A stretch of DNA of 64,000 nt from an uncultured Acidobacteriota bacterium (GTDB lineage: Bacteria > Acidobacteriota > Terriglobia > Terriglobales > Acidobacteriaceae), in assembly GCA_963720155.1 (NCBI GenBank), contig CAVREP010000016.1:4847-68846 (forward strand), written 5' to 3'. This document shows positions 22,110-32,383 of this stretch, piece by piece (the first letter of the stretch is position 1; the number at the start of each line of letters is the position of its first letter). The notes under the pieces were generated by a model. It saw only the letters and a program-made list of their open reading frames with translations, ran no database searches and was not told where the DNA came from. Made by a program: the position numbers and the translations under genes.

Positions 22110-22335
22110 GCGACCTATTTCGACTCCGGGGTGGTGCCCCCACGTGAGTCATGAGCCTTATCGGCAGCCGATTTCACAGAGAGGATCACTGAGAAACGCG
22201 AGTGTAATAGAGAATGAGCCATCAATACTCAACGCACGGCTTTCACTCTGCTTACGGTTTCAGAAAACAGCGACAGTCTACTACGGAATTGAACACGTCC
22301 CGGCTTGGGCCGGTTGGGGGAAGCCTGAGCGAAGT

Positions 22336-23637
22336 TCACTGAATACGCCGGACCGCAACCAGAGTAGTGGAATTGGGTGCGCCAGAGACTGTCCGCGACC
22401 GAATGAGGGCCTCAAACCAAATGTTCCCTGCAATGCTGTCTGAGACGGGAATCCCGAGGGATCGCTGAAGCTGATGCCTGTTCTCCGCCTCAAGCAGGAA
22501 CCGCCCGGCGGCCTCCGTCCCCTCCTGCTGAAGTCCTTGCAATATCAGGACACTGCCGTCGCGAGTCATGTTAGGAACAAGGACGATGGTCGCGTAATCA
22601 TCTCCCTCAGTGCCCGTCCATTGCAAACCTTCGTATTGCGCCAGTTCGCCGGGACGTGGATTTGCATTTACGAATGCTTTTGCGCTTTTGCCGACTGCCT
22701 CCTCGCTCTCGCGAAAGTTCAGTTTGTCCTGGAATAGCAAGACCCACGGGTTGGAGGCTGGACTTCCGATGAAAACATAGTTCTCGTGATCCAAATCGCG
22801 TATTCTGAGGTCCTTCGCGGAACGTACGGAGGCATGGTTCTGGAGGGGCCCCGCTACCTTCACCAGCGAAACCGCATCCGCGACGTCCGCAAATGAGGTA
22901 AGCGTGGAATTGGAAATGTAATCCTCAAAGCGAGAGCCAGCCTCGCCGAACTTAAGCGTTGCCGACTTTTGGCGAAGGTCTCGGTTCAGGTATTGTTCGA
23001 GCGAGCCCCGTTGCCCTGTCAAGATGCGCCACATGCCATAGTTTCCGTCAGCAACAACAATAACGGTTTGGTGTCGTGTGTCGAAAATCTGGGAAAAGGG
23101 CCACACAGGACTGGCTGTCGCAACGCTGGCAGGACGATCAAAGTGGTTGAATAAAACCGTAGCAGCGAAAAGAATGGCCAGCACGCCGCACAAGGCCCAC
23201 GGCACGATTGCAGGACGAAACCGAGTTGCGACTAGCTCAATCTGCGCCGGAACCGCGCTGGGCAATTGCGCTTTGGCGGGCCGAAATATAGGAGTGTAGG
23301 CGCCCTTAGGGATCTCGACAACAAGGGCTTCCTCCCGGCCGACCCCGTCGAAATATTCATGGAGCTTCAGGCGTAGCTGCCGGGCGTGAACGCGAACCGA
23401 GCTGTCTTCGAGTGGGCTATACCCCGTCGCTTTGTGAAAGACAGCTTCACCGATATGCTGCTCCGTCAATTCATGAGCGGAGCCGCGAATTGTCTGCTCG
23501 GTGATGTACAGGAGCAGGTCGCGCAATCGGCCACTTTTGTGAAAAGGCGGACTGGATACTATTCGCTGGACCAACTGCCACCGATCATCGGTGACCGGAT
23601 CATCGATTATCGCAGGGTGCCGGGACGGGGTACTCAT
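22336..23637 (-). CDS. membrane-anchored winged-helix (CadC/OmpR-type) transcriptional regulator
   Basis: N-terminal pattern RLRDLLLYITEQ, VRVHARQLRLKLHEYF, EIPKGAYTPIF. One TM segment IVPWALCGVLAILFAATVLF. About 260 aa of external domain. Confidence 0.7.
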   Translation of the reverse strand: MSTPSRHPAIIDDPVTDDRWQLVQRIVSSPPFHKSGRLRDLLLYITEQTIRGSAHELTEQHIGEAVFHKATGYSPLEDSSVRVHARQLRLKLHEYFDGVGREEALVVEIPKGAYTPIFRPAKAQLPSAVPAQIELVATRFRPAIVPWALCGVLAILFAATVLFNHFDRPASVATASPVWPFSQIFDTRHQTVIVVADGNYGMWRILTGQRGSLEQYLNRDLRQKSATLKFGEAGSRFEDYISNSTLTSFADVADAVSLVKVAGPLQNHASVRSAKDLRIRDLDHENYVFIGSPASNPWVLLFQDKLNFRESEEAVGKSAKAFVNANPRPGELAQYEGLQWTGTEGDDYATIVLVPNMTRDGSVLILQGLQQEGTEAAGRFLLEAENRHQLQRSLGIPVSDSIAGNIWFEALIRSRTVSGAPNSTTLVAVRRIQ

Positions 23638-23961
23638 GATGAGGAAGCGACGTGGCTACCACCAGCAAACAAGTGCACGCATGGTACCACACCAAACCGA
23701 AAAATCAACGCTTGTCAGGTTGGTCTGCAGCTACGATCTTCGAAAGCCTTTCCCGCCGGGTAACTTGCCGGAAGACCGACCTCTTGGCTAATCGCGAAAA
23801 CCATGTGACTCACTATGAATTCACAAGCTACTTCCTTTCCCTCCGGGTCGGATAATTGTTTCATATTACGATCACGAATGTGGGGCTTCGCTCTGTCGAG
23901 CGTATGAATTTCCGTAGACCGTTATGAAAGAGCAGAGAAACCTGCTAACTAGGAGGCCGCA

Positions 23962-26900
23962 GTGAGAGACCGGTTGCGTCTGCTTTCTTTGTGCGGGTTG
24001 TTCATCGCCATTTCAGTCTCAACGAGCTTGGGTCAAACCACGAACGGAAGCATACAAGGATCCGTGCTCGACCCGAGCGGTGCGGCCGTTTCGGGTGCGA
24101 CCGTCACCGCGAGAAATATGGATACCGGGCTGACGAATGTGTCGAAGACGACGGATGCTGGCGTTTATGCACTGCCAAACCTTCCGCCTGGCCGGTATTC
24201 GGTGACGGTGGAAGCGAACGGGATGAAGAAATACGCCCAGGAGGGTGTCACAGTTGCGACCGCTAGCACGGTTGCTCTCGACCTTAAATTGCAGCTAGGC
24301 TCGGCGTCGGAAACGATCGAGGTCACCGCCGATGCTGGACAATTGCAAACGGAAAGCTCCGATATCGGTACCACCGTTCAAAACACCCTAGTGGATAACC
24401 TTCCGTTAGAGGTCTCCGGCACGATTCGTAACCCAACCCAATTCATTGAGTTGGTCCCGGGCTTCGTCGGACAAGTCGGCAACAACCCCGCAGACAACGC
24501 CAGCGACGATTTCAAACTCAACGGGGGTCAGGAGGGGGGAACTGACGTTTTGGTTGACGGCGTTTCGATATCCCTGGTTTCTCCTAATGTTCAGTGGAAT
24601 AAGGGAGTATCTCCGGAGGGAGTACAGGAGTTCAAGACTCTTCAGAGCAATTTCGCCCCCGAATTCGGTTCATCGGGTGACGGCATTGTCAACCTTTCCA
24701 TGAAATCGGGTACGAACAGCTTTCACGCTTCGGCTTACGATTATTTTCGTAACCGCGCGCTGGATGCGGATGCCTGGACCCTGAACACGCAGAACGCCTA
24801 TAACTCGGAGCAAGGGAAACCGCTTGATCCGAAGCCTCCAGACACGCAAAACGATTTTGGGTTTACGGTTGGTGGCCCCGTCTATCTGCCCCATATCTAC
24901 GATGGTCGAAGCAAGACTTTTTTCTTTTTCGACTACGAGGGATTTCGGTTTCACACCGGCAGTTCTTCGACGGAGACATGGATCCCCGAGTCTTTCAGGA
25001 GCGGCAACTTTTCCGCATTGCTTCCCGGAGTTCAGCTTTATGATCCGACCACGCACAATCCGATACCCGGCAACATTCTGAGCAACGATCCCAATTACAA
25101 GGAAAGCGCGGTGATGGCCAAAGTGATGGCATCACTGCCTGCGACTAGCGGCAGTTTGACGAACAACGTATTTGACACGTCCATAGCCAGGACGACGGCA
25201 AACTTGTGGGACCTTAAGATCGACCAGACGATTTCTGACAAGCAGCGGTTCTCGTTTGGTTTTGACTATGACAATACACAAGCGGGAACCTTTTCAGTTT
25301 TGGAGCCCTACATTAATCAACAAGTACCGCAATCCACCCGTTATACACGGTTCAGCCACAACTACATATTCAGTCCAACCGTGGTGAATGAGTTCGTGGT
25401 GGGATTCAGCCGTCGTTTTCGAAGTGAAATATCCAATAGCTTGGGTCAGAATTGGCCGCAGAAGTTAGGGGTGACGGGGGTATCGGATCTGACGTATCCC
25501 TGTTTTGAGTTTGCCGGTACAAACTATCAAAACAACCTGAACAACTGCGGCGACTCCCAGTTTGCCGACAACGTATATCAGGTAAACGACTCAGTGAGCG
25601 TTGTTCGGGGAAAACACAACCTGAAATTCGGCGGGGGGTTCCATGCCGGGCAGTTCAACACACGCCGGTTCACGCAAGCTTCGGGCGATTTTAACTTTAG
25701 TGGCGCTGTGACCAGCAGTACAGGCACCCCGGCGGGTGCGGGCGGATACGCCGTGGCCAGCGCATTATTTGGGCTTGTGGATGATACAGGCACATTGAAT
25801 TACGGGCACGTTAACGGCCCACGCTACAAAGATTCCTACCTCTTCGGCCAGGATACCTACAAAGTCAGGCCAAGTCTGACCTTGACTTATGGCCTGCGTT
25901 ACGAGGTGGACTTGCCCGCCCGGGAGTCGCAGGATCGTTTTTCCGAGGTGGATCCCACTCTGCCGAACCCAGGCGCGGGAGGTATTCTGGGCGCCTATAC
26001 CTATTTTGGGAGCGGTCCGGGCCGCAACGGCAGGCACCGGCTTCAGGATACTTACTACAAAGCCTTCGGACCGCGATTGGGTTTTGCCTACAGCATCAAT
26101 GACAAGACCGTCCTTAGGGGCGGATATGGCATATATTACGAACCTCTCAAGGAAGGCTCCTACGCCGATCAAGACGGTCTTGGATTTTTCAACATTGAGA
26201 ATCTGAGCTTCGGTACCGGGACGCCGTTTCAGATCGATAACGGATTCCCTCACATCCAACCCTCGTCGGGTCCATTCACACCTGACGGGCAAAACGGAAA
26301 TAGTGGGGTAATTCTGATTCCGAGTAACAGCGGGCGGCCCGCCGATATTCAATCCTGGAACCTCGATGTGCAGCGGCAGATCGCGAAGAACCTGGAGGCA
26401 AGTATCGCATATGTGGGTTCCAAGGGAACTCATCTCCCGGCGCTGAACATTATTCCCAATCAGGTAAACCCGACGTACCTGTCGCTGGGCAGCGAGCTGA
26501 CGATGAACGTTAGCTGCCTGACGGCAACCCCCACGACCTGCCCGAATTCGGTCGCCGCAGGGGTAAAGGTTCCTTACGCGAGCTTCACAGGCAACATCAA
26601 CCAGGCGCTGCGACCGTTCCCGCAATACGGCGATTTCAATCAGGAAGACGACTCCTTCACACCAGACCGCACCGGCAACTCAACCTTCCATTCCATGCAG
26701 GCCCAAGTGAACAAACGATTCGCGGAAGGATTGAGTTTTCTTGTCTCGTATACCGTTTCGAAAAACATTACCGACGCGGATTCCCAAGGCCCAGGTGTTC
26801 AGGGCTTCATTGGGGCCAACGCATGGATTGGACAGAACTCATACGACCGCAGAGCGGAAAAGTCGGTAAGCTCGCTCGACACACCGCAAAGACTGGTCGC

Positions 26901-27519
26901 AAGTTTCTTTTATGAGCTTCCAATGGGGCGCGGCAAGCGACTATTGAACTCAGGGGGGTTGGCAGACCGCATTGTGGGAGGTTGGTCCGTGTCGGGGATA
27001 TTAACTTATCAGTCTGGGCTGCCGACCGAGGTTTACTCCCCTTGCGGAGGTACGGCTGGGGCCGTCCTTTTCGCCGGATGTGAATTCACGGGCAGTGCGC
27101 GTGTGAATGTTATTCCCGACGTCAAACAGACAAATGGCAGGGACCTGAATCCGTTGACCACACCTTTCTTCAATGCGAACGCCTTTGCCGCGCCTGCTCC
27201 CTTCACTTTCGGCGATGAGCCCAGAACTCTGGCCAGCGCTCGCACCTTCGGTGGCCGCGATGAGGACATCACGATAGGCAAGAAAACCAAGATAGGAGAT
27301 CGTGGGGTGATCGATTTCCGGGCAGAGTTTTTTGATATCTTCAATCGCCACATCTATCAGCAACCCGGCGGGCCCGGAGGATTTGCCACACAACTGGGAA
27401 CGCAGTTTGCGCCCGCCGGCTCTCCCGGTTGTCAACAGGCGTTTGCCTGCGGGTTCGGCGCAATCACGAGCTCCTCAGGGCCACGAGCCATTCAGTTGGG
27501 GCTCAAAATTGAATATTGA
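23962..27519 (+). CDS. TonB-dependent receptor with CarboxypepD_reg-like N-terminal domain
   Basis: GTG start behind AGGAGG. Signal peptide. GSIQGSVLDPSGAAVSGATVTARN..GRYSVTVEANGMKKY. 1185 aa. Ends ..QLGLKIEY with a terminal aromatic residue. Confidence 0.9.
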   Translation: MRDRLRLLSLCGLFIAISVSTSLGQTTNGSIQGSVLDPSGAAVSGATVTARNMDTGLTNVSKTTDAGVYALPNLPPGRYSVTVEANGMKKYAQEGVTVATASTVALDLKLQLGSASETIEVTADAGQLQTESSDIGTTVQNTLVDNLPLEVSGTIRNPTQFIELVPGFVGQVGNNPADNASDDFKLNGGQEGGTDVLVDGVSISLVSPNVQWNKGVSPEGVQEFKTLQSNFAPEFGSSGDGIVNLSMKSGTNSFHASAYDYFRNRALDADAWTLNTQNAYNSEQGKPLDPKPPDTQNDFGFTVGGPVYLPHIYDGRSKTFFFFDYEGFRFHTGSSSTETWIPESFRSGNFSALLPGVQLYDPTTHNPIPGNILSNDPNYKESAVMAKVMASLPATSGSLTNNVFDTSIARTTANLWDLKIDQTISDKQRFSFGFDYDNTQAGTFSVLEPYINQQVPQSTRYTRFSHNYIFSPTVVNEFVVGFSRRFRSEISNSLGQNWPQKLGVTGVSDLTYPCFEFAGTNYQNNLNNCGDSQFADNVYQVNDSVSVVRGKHNLKFGGGFHAGQFNTRRFTQASGDFNFSGAVTSSTGTPAGAGGYAVASALFGLVDDTGTLNYGHVNGPRYKDSYLFGQDTYKVRPSLTLTYGLRYEVDLPARESQDRFSEVDPTLPNPGAGGILGAYTYFGSGPGRNGRHRLQDTYYKAFGPRLGFAYSINDKTVLRGGYGIYYEPLKEGSYADQDGLGFFNIENLSFGTGTPFQIDNGFPHIQPSSGPFTPDGQNGNSGVILIPSNSGRPADIQSWNLDVQRQIAKNLEASIAYVGSKGTHLPALNIIPNQVNPTYLSLGSELTMNVSCLTATPTTCPNSVAAGVKVPYASFTGNINQALRPFPQYGDFNQEDDSFTPDRTGNSTFHSMQAQVNKRFAEGLSFLVSYTVSKNITDADSQGPGVQGFIGANAWIGQNSYDRRAEKSVSSLDTPQRLVASFFYELPMGRGKRLLNSGGLADRIVGGWSVSGILTYQSGLPTEVYSPCGGTAGAVLFAGCEFTGSARVNVIPDVKQTNGRDLNPLTTPFFNANAFAAPAPFTFGDEPRTLASARTFGGRDEDITIGKKTKIGDRGVIDFRAEFFDIFNRHIYQQPGGPGGFATQLGTQFAPAGSPGCQQAFACGFGAITSSSGPRAIQLGLKIEY

Positions 27520-27584
27520 CGTGAGCCCTGCTGGTGAGCGGTTTCGCTGGCGGGGCTCCGTCGGCTTCGGCCGATAATAGCCAC

Positions 27585-29873
27585 ATGAGTCCTATCCATC
27601 GCCGTGGCTTTATGAAGACTTGTCTGGCTGGCGTCGCTTCCGCCTCGCTTCTCATGCGAAGTACTAGGGAGTTCCACGTACTTGCCGCAGAAGAGAGCCC
27701 GCATGCGGGATTCGCGACTCTCGAACACGGGGACCAGCAGTTGCGTGTGTCAGAGCAGGGCGTGCCTTTTTGCTTCCAGAACTTTCTACACGTGGCGGAT
27801 GAATGGAAACCGGCTACGCTGCCAGGGATCCCGCTCGTTACTGGCCCCTCGTTTCCGTTGGTGGCTTCACAAGTCTCGGCCAGCACCAGCAGGATTGTCG
27901 CCGAAGGTTCAGCAACCGCAGAGGACCTCGGAAGACAATCGGTCTCGTACGACTGGAAGGCCGAAATCTCAGCTCTCAAGCCGGAAGCCGATCTTGCGTG
28001 GCTGCGGTTCAGGGTGACACTGAGCCTGGCGCGCCCAATCCGGCTGCAGCAGGGGACGCAGATTGAGCCTCAGATCATCGTCTGGCTGAATTCGAACTCC
28101 ACGCTGATGGAAGGCCAGTCAGGAAGCTGGAGACGCGTGCTGCTTCAACAACCCACCCGAAATTCTCTCGGAACCTGGGGAAACGATTTGCCCGCAGTCT
28201 ATTTGCTCGACCAAAATGCCGGCGTCGAAACTATGATGTTTTTCGATGTTGGCGAGATGAGCTGGATGTCGATCGAGAATGTGCCACGCTTTCTGGTGTA
28301 TCGCTGCTCCAGCGTTTCGCGAATTGAGAGGGACGGTACAGAGCGTCTTGGAATCGGCCTAATCGCCGATCAGGCAACTGGAAATGTGCTGCCTGCGGGC
28401 GAGGTTCGGTTCACTTACTGGCTCCTGCAGCGTCCCTTAACGGAGTTGCTCACCGAGCAAGAGGCAGTCTCGCGGTGGATGCGTGCATTGCTTCCGCTCT
28501 TCGAAGAGAAATTGGTTTGGCCTCGCTGCGCGGGTGCCTGGAAAGATTTTGCTGCTGGCACTGTCGCGAACCTGCAACAGAAGTCAGAAACCCAGATCGA
28601 GGCTGCAGGACACACCGGGCTGCGCGCCTATGTAAAGGAAACATCGAAATTGTGGGAGCAACCCAAAGAAAATTTCGAACTCATGACGGTGGCCGATGTC
28701 CTATGGCCCTCCTTCCTCTATCTCCGGCTGCATCCATCACCAGCTTTTGAGCTCGAATGCAAGCAGTTCATCGATGACTTGCCCGGCTTTTACCATAACG
28801 ACACGCACAGCATCAGCAATGACTACATGCGCCATGCCGACGAGCGGGCGGACTCGTGGTATCCATTCGAAAACAGTCTGATTAAGTACCCGATGATCGC
28901 CAGCCTGGCCGGCTCGGAAGAGACAAGAAAATACTTTCTCGACGCTTTCGCAACTGCCGAGAAAATCGCTCACCAGTACGACTATCTGTTCCCGATTTAT
29001 TACGAGGTTGCGACCCTGCGCGCGCAGGGTGCAGGCACAAACTACGCTATCGGTGGGCTCTATGCCTGGGCAGCACTGATAGCGAACCGCCTGACTGGAG
29101 AAACGAAATACCGCGACCTGGCGCAGCGAGCGATCCAGGTGCTGTGCACGGTGCCGTCGGATCGGCTTTTCCACGAGCCTCAGGAACTCGCCTACGGAGC
29201 GCTCGCAGCGGCTGAACTCGGGATGCACCTGCAAGCGGAATACCTCCTCTTCGAACAACTACGAATGTTCTACTGGTATTCCGACTCGAGCCAAAAGAAC
29301 CACGATATTCGCGGCATGGTGCAGGCAGCAGCCTCCATTCTTTATCCCGCATTCAAGGAAAACGTCGAGGCAATCCTACCCTGGACGGGGGTGATGAAAC
29401 GAGGACTTGTCTTTGAGGCCCTCTTGCGCTTCATGGATCAGCAGCGACGAAACAACTTCTACTTCTTCGAGAAATGCTCGGAAGACCGCGGGAACGTTTC
29501 AATGGGATTTATCCCGTTCGAGAATCTCGGAACACTGGAACTCGGCGGACAAACCGGAAACGTGGGTAAGGAAATCTATGGCGCCGGTGAGTGCATTTGG
29601 ATGTATCTCATGTTTGAGGCCCTGGGTCAGGTGAGTGACCGCGAACTGATGCTCGTCAATCTCGACTTGCTGGATATCTTCCATGCTAATGAATTCCCCG
29701 CACGTCGGCTTAACTTCATTCTTTATAATCCGACGTTACAAGAGCGGCACACAACAGTCAGCATCCCGCCGGCAAACGGCGGAAACGTGCGAATCACTCA
29801 GAACGGGACCGTTGTGTCAAACAATTTAAACGTGCCCCCACGAGCGATCTTCCGATTGGTCGTGGAGTTTTGA
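27585..29873 (+). CDS. Tat-signal protein of unknown family (candidate glycan-active enzyme)
   Basis: ORF 27534..29873. ATG 27585 gives the leader MSPIHRRGFMKTCLAGVASASLLM. No catalytic motif recognised. Sits between the receptor and GH130. Confidence 0.7.
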   Translation: MSPIHRRGFMKTCLAGVASASLLMRSTREFHVLAAEESPHAGFATLEHGDQQLRVSEQGVPFCFQNFLHVADEWKPATLPGIPLVTGPSFPLVASQVSASTSRIVAEGSATAEDLGRQSVSYDWKAEISALKPEADLAWLRFRVTLSLARPIRLQQGTQIEPQIIVWLNSNSTLMEGQSGSWRRVLLQQPTRNSLGTWGNDLPAVYLLDQNAGVETMMFFDVGEMSWMSIENVPRFLVYRCSSVSRIERDGTERLGIGLIADQATGNVLPAGEVRFTYWLLQRPLTELLTEQEAVSRWMRALLPLFEEKLVWPRCAGAWKDFAAGTVANLQQKSETQIEAAGHTGLRAYVKETSKLWEQPKENFELMTVADVLWPSFLYLRLHPSPAFELECKQFIDDLPGFYHNDTHSISNDYMRHADERADSWYPFENSLIKYPMIASLAGSEETRKYFLDAFATAEKIAHQYDYLFPIYYEVATLRAQGAGTNYAIGGLYAWAALIANRLTGETKYRDLAQRAIQVLCTVPSDRLFHEPQELAYGALAAAELGMHLQAEYLLFEQLRMFYWYSDSSQKNHDIRGMVQAAASILYPAFKENVEAILPWTGVMKRGLVFEALLRFMDQQRRNNFYFFEKCSEDRGNVSMGFIPFENLGTLELGGQTGNVGKEIYGAGECIWMYLMFEALGQVSDRELMLVNLDLLDIFHANEFPARRLNFILYNPTLQERHTTVSIPPANGGNVRITQNGTVVSNNLNVPPRAIFRLVVEF

Positions 29874-29942
29874 GGAGCGACTCGTCGTGAGTCCCCGAAA
29901 TGGGGAACTTTGTTACCGCCAATGCAGAAGGGACTGATATTC

Positions 29943-30965
29943 ATGCAGAGGATTCTTTCGCCCGCCCGCATCGCTTTCTTCGGTGCGATTGCCATGATCG
30001 CCACCGCCACGGCCACACATGTCAGAACGCCTTTCGGAACGTGGGAACGGGTTTCAGATCAACCAATCATCACTCCACAAGGTAACGGGTTCGAATCAGC
30101 GGGCACATTCAACCCCGCGGTCGTGAAATACGATGGCAAGTTTGTGATGCTCTATCGTGCTCAGGATAGCCACGGCAAATCATCTCTGGGTTACGCCACG
30201 AGTGATGACGGCGTCCACTTTGTGCGGCAATCAAATCCCGTCATGGTTGGCGAGGCGCCCTATGAGATGGGTGGCGGCGTTGAAGATCCCCGATTGTTGA
30301 AAATCGGTAACACCTTCTATTTGACTTATACGGGCTATAACAATGAAGGCGGCCAAGGCATCCATGCGAGCGGGCCAAGCCATGGCGATGCGCAGCTTTG
30401 CCTGGCAACTTCTGTCGACCTGATCCACTGGAAGCGCCAGGGCATCATCATGCCGGCTTACAGGGGCAAATGGAACGTCGGGTGGACGAAGTCAGGAGCA
30501 ATCGTTCCCGAAAAGCTCAATGGCAAATACTGGATGTATTACCTCGCCGATGCTGCGAACCAGACGACCCAGATGTCCATTGCCTACTCGACAGACCTTG
30601 TCCATTGGACGGATGCGCTCGATCATCCGGTCCTCGCCAGCCGACCGAAAATGTTCGATTCTCAAGTCGTCGAACCTGGTCCGGCGCCGCTCGTTACCGG
30701 TAAAGGGATTTTCCTAATCTACAACGGAGCGGATGATAAGAATGTCTATCGGACTGGATGGGCGCTATTTGATAAGAGTGATCCGACTAAAGTTCTGGCG
30801 CGGGCTCAAGAGCCAATCTTTGAGCCGGTGCACGCCTGGGAAAAGAACGGCCAGGTTCCCAACGTAGTGTTCGTCGAGGGGCTCGTGCGCGACGGCAACC
30901 GCTGGCTCTTTTATTATGGCGGTGCGGACAAGTACGTGGGCGTAGCCTCTGCAGCGGTCCGTTGA
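29943..30965 (+). CDS. GH130-family beta-mannoside hydrolase/phosphorylase, predicted exported
   Basis: FNPAVVKYDGKFVMLYRAQD, GVEDPRLLKIGNTFYLTYTGYN, KSGAIVPEKLNGKYWMYY, GWALFD, RWLFYYGGADKYVG. Signal peptide MQRILSPARIAFFGAIAMIATATA from ATG 29943. Confidence 0.8.
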   Translation: MQRILSPARIAFFGAIAMIATATATHVRTPFGTWERVSDQPIITPQGNGFESAGTFNPAVVKYDGKFVMLYRAQDSHGKSSLGYATSDDGVHFVRQSNPVMVGEAPYEMGGGVEDPRLLKIGNTFYLTYTGYNNEGGQGIHASGPSHGDAQLCLATSVDLIHWKRQGIIMPAYRGKWNVGWTKSGAIVPEKLNGKYWMYYLADAANQTTQMSIAYSTDLVHWTDALDHPVLASRPKMFDSQVVEPGPAPLVTGKGIFLIYNGADDKNVYRTGWALFDKSDPTKVLARAQEPIFEPVHAWEKNGQVPNVVFVEGLVRDGNRWLFYYGGADKYVGVASAAVR

Positions 30966-31015
30966 CTCACAATACTGATTCGCATCAGGCTTTCCAAACG
31001 AGGACAATCAACGCC

Positions 31016-32368
31016 GTGAACAAACGAGCCTTTCTAAAGCTTCTTTCGATCCTGATGACAATTCCGGTTGTATCTCCGGTGCTCGCCTGGGCCCTCGGCG
31101 AGAAGCTGAAGAACTGGGCGGGAAATTTCGAGTACAGCACGGAGCGACTGTACTCGGCAAACTCGTTGCAACAAGTCAGGGATTTTGTTGGAAAGCAATC
31201 AAAACTAAAGGTTCTTGGCACACGTCACTGTTTCAACAGGATAGCCGACAGCACTGATTACTTTCTGTCCCTCAAAGCAATGGACGAAGTGGTCACGCTC
31301 GATCCCAATGCACGCACTGTGACGATCGAGACCGGCATGACCTACGGACAATTGTGCCCCTATCTAGACGGCAAGGGATTCGCGCTGCATAACCTGGCTT
31401 CCCTTCCTCACATCTCGGTCGCAGGCGCCTGCAGCACGGCAACTCATGGATCCGGCGACGGGAACGGTAATCTGGCCACAGCGGTCTCCGCGCTTGAATT
31501 TGTCACGGCATCAGGTGAGGTGGTGAACGTGTCCCGCGCACAGGATGCCGGGAGCTTTCAAGGAGCAGTGGTTGCGCTTGGAGCGTTGGGGGTGATTGCC
31601 AGACTGACGCTGGATATTCAACCCCGTTACGTGATGCAGCAGTACGTCTACGAAAATTTGCCTCTTAGCGAACTGAAAGAACACTTTGACGCCATCATGT
31701 CGAGTGCCTACAGCGTGAGCCTCTTCACCGACTGGCAAAAACAGCGTCTCAATGAAGTCTGGCTAAAGAGCCGTATCGAAGAGGGTAAAACGTTCGAAGC
31801 ACCAAAGGATTTCTTCGGAGCAAAGCCGGCGACCAGGAATCTTCACCCGATCGCCGAGCTTTCAGCGGAGAACTGCACTCCGCAAATGGGTGTCCCGGGC
31901 CCATGGTATGAGCGGCTTCCGCACTTCCGGATGGGATTTACGCCGAGTGCGGGTAGAGAACTGCAGGCGGAATACTTCGTGCCACGGCAGCATGCAGTCG
32001 AAGCGATTCTGGCGGTAGAGCGATTGCGCGACCAGGTCGGGCCGCATTTGATGATCTCGGAAATCCGAAGCATCGCTGCCGACAATTTTTGGATGAGCCC
32101 CTGCTACAAAGCGCCGCGGGTCACTATTCACTTTACTTTGAAGCCCGATTGGCCGGCAGTTCAAAACCTGCTGCCGATCATCGAAAGGGAACTGGCCCCG
32201 TTTGATGCCTGTCCACACTGGGGGAAACTGTTCACCGTTAGTCCCGCTACACTTCGTGCCAAGTACGAAAAACTGTCGGCCTTTGTCGAACTGTGCAACC
32301 GATTCGATCCTAAAGGAAAATTTCGCAACGAATTTCTCAGCCGAAATATCTTTGCGCCAGCGTCCTGA
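31016..32368 (+). CDS. FAD-linked oxidase, D-arabinono-1,4-lactone/alditol oxidase family
   Basis: NWAGNFEY, VLGTRHCFN, ISVAGACSTATHGSG, C-terminal CPHWGK. GTG 31016 gives the signal-like MNKRAFLKLLSILMTIPVVSPVLAWA (the track ORF starts at TTG 30962). Confidence 0.8.
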   Translation: MNKRAFLKLLSILMTIPVVSPVLAWALGEKLKNWAGNFEYSTERLYSANSLQQVRDFVGKQSKLKVLGTRHCFNRIADSTDYFLSLKAMDEVVTLDPNARTVTIETGMTYGQLCPYLDGKGFALHNLASLPHISVAGACSTATHGSGDGNGNLATAVSALEFVTASGEVVNVSRAQDAGSFQGAVVALGALGVIARLTLDIQPRYVMQQYVYENLPLSELKEHFDAIMSSAYSVSLFTDWQKQRLNEVWLKSRIEEGKTFEAPKDFFGAKPATRNLHPIAELSAENCTPQMGVPGPWYERLPHFRMGFTPSAGRELQAEYFVPRQHAVEAILAVERLRDQVGPHLMISEIRSIAADNFWMSPCYKAPRVTIHFTLKPDWPAVQNLLPIIERELAPFDACPHWGKLFTVSPATLRAKYEKLSAFVELCNRFDPKGKFRNEFLSRNIFAPAS

Positions 32369-32383
32369 TTAGACAATGACAAT

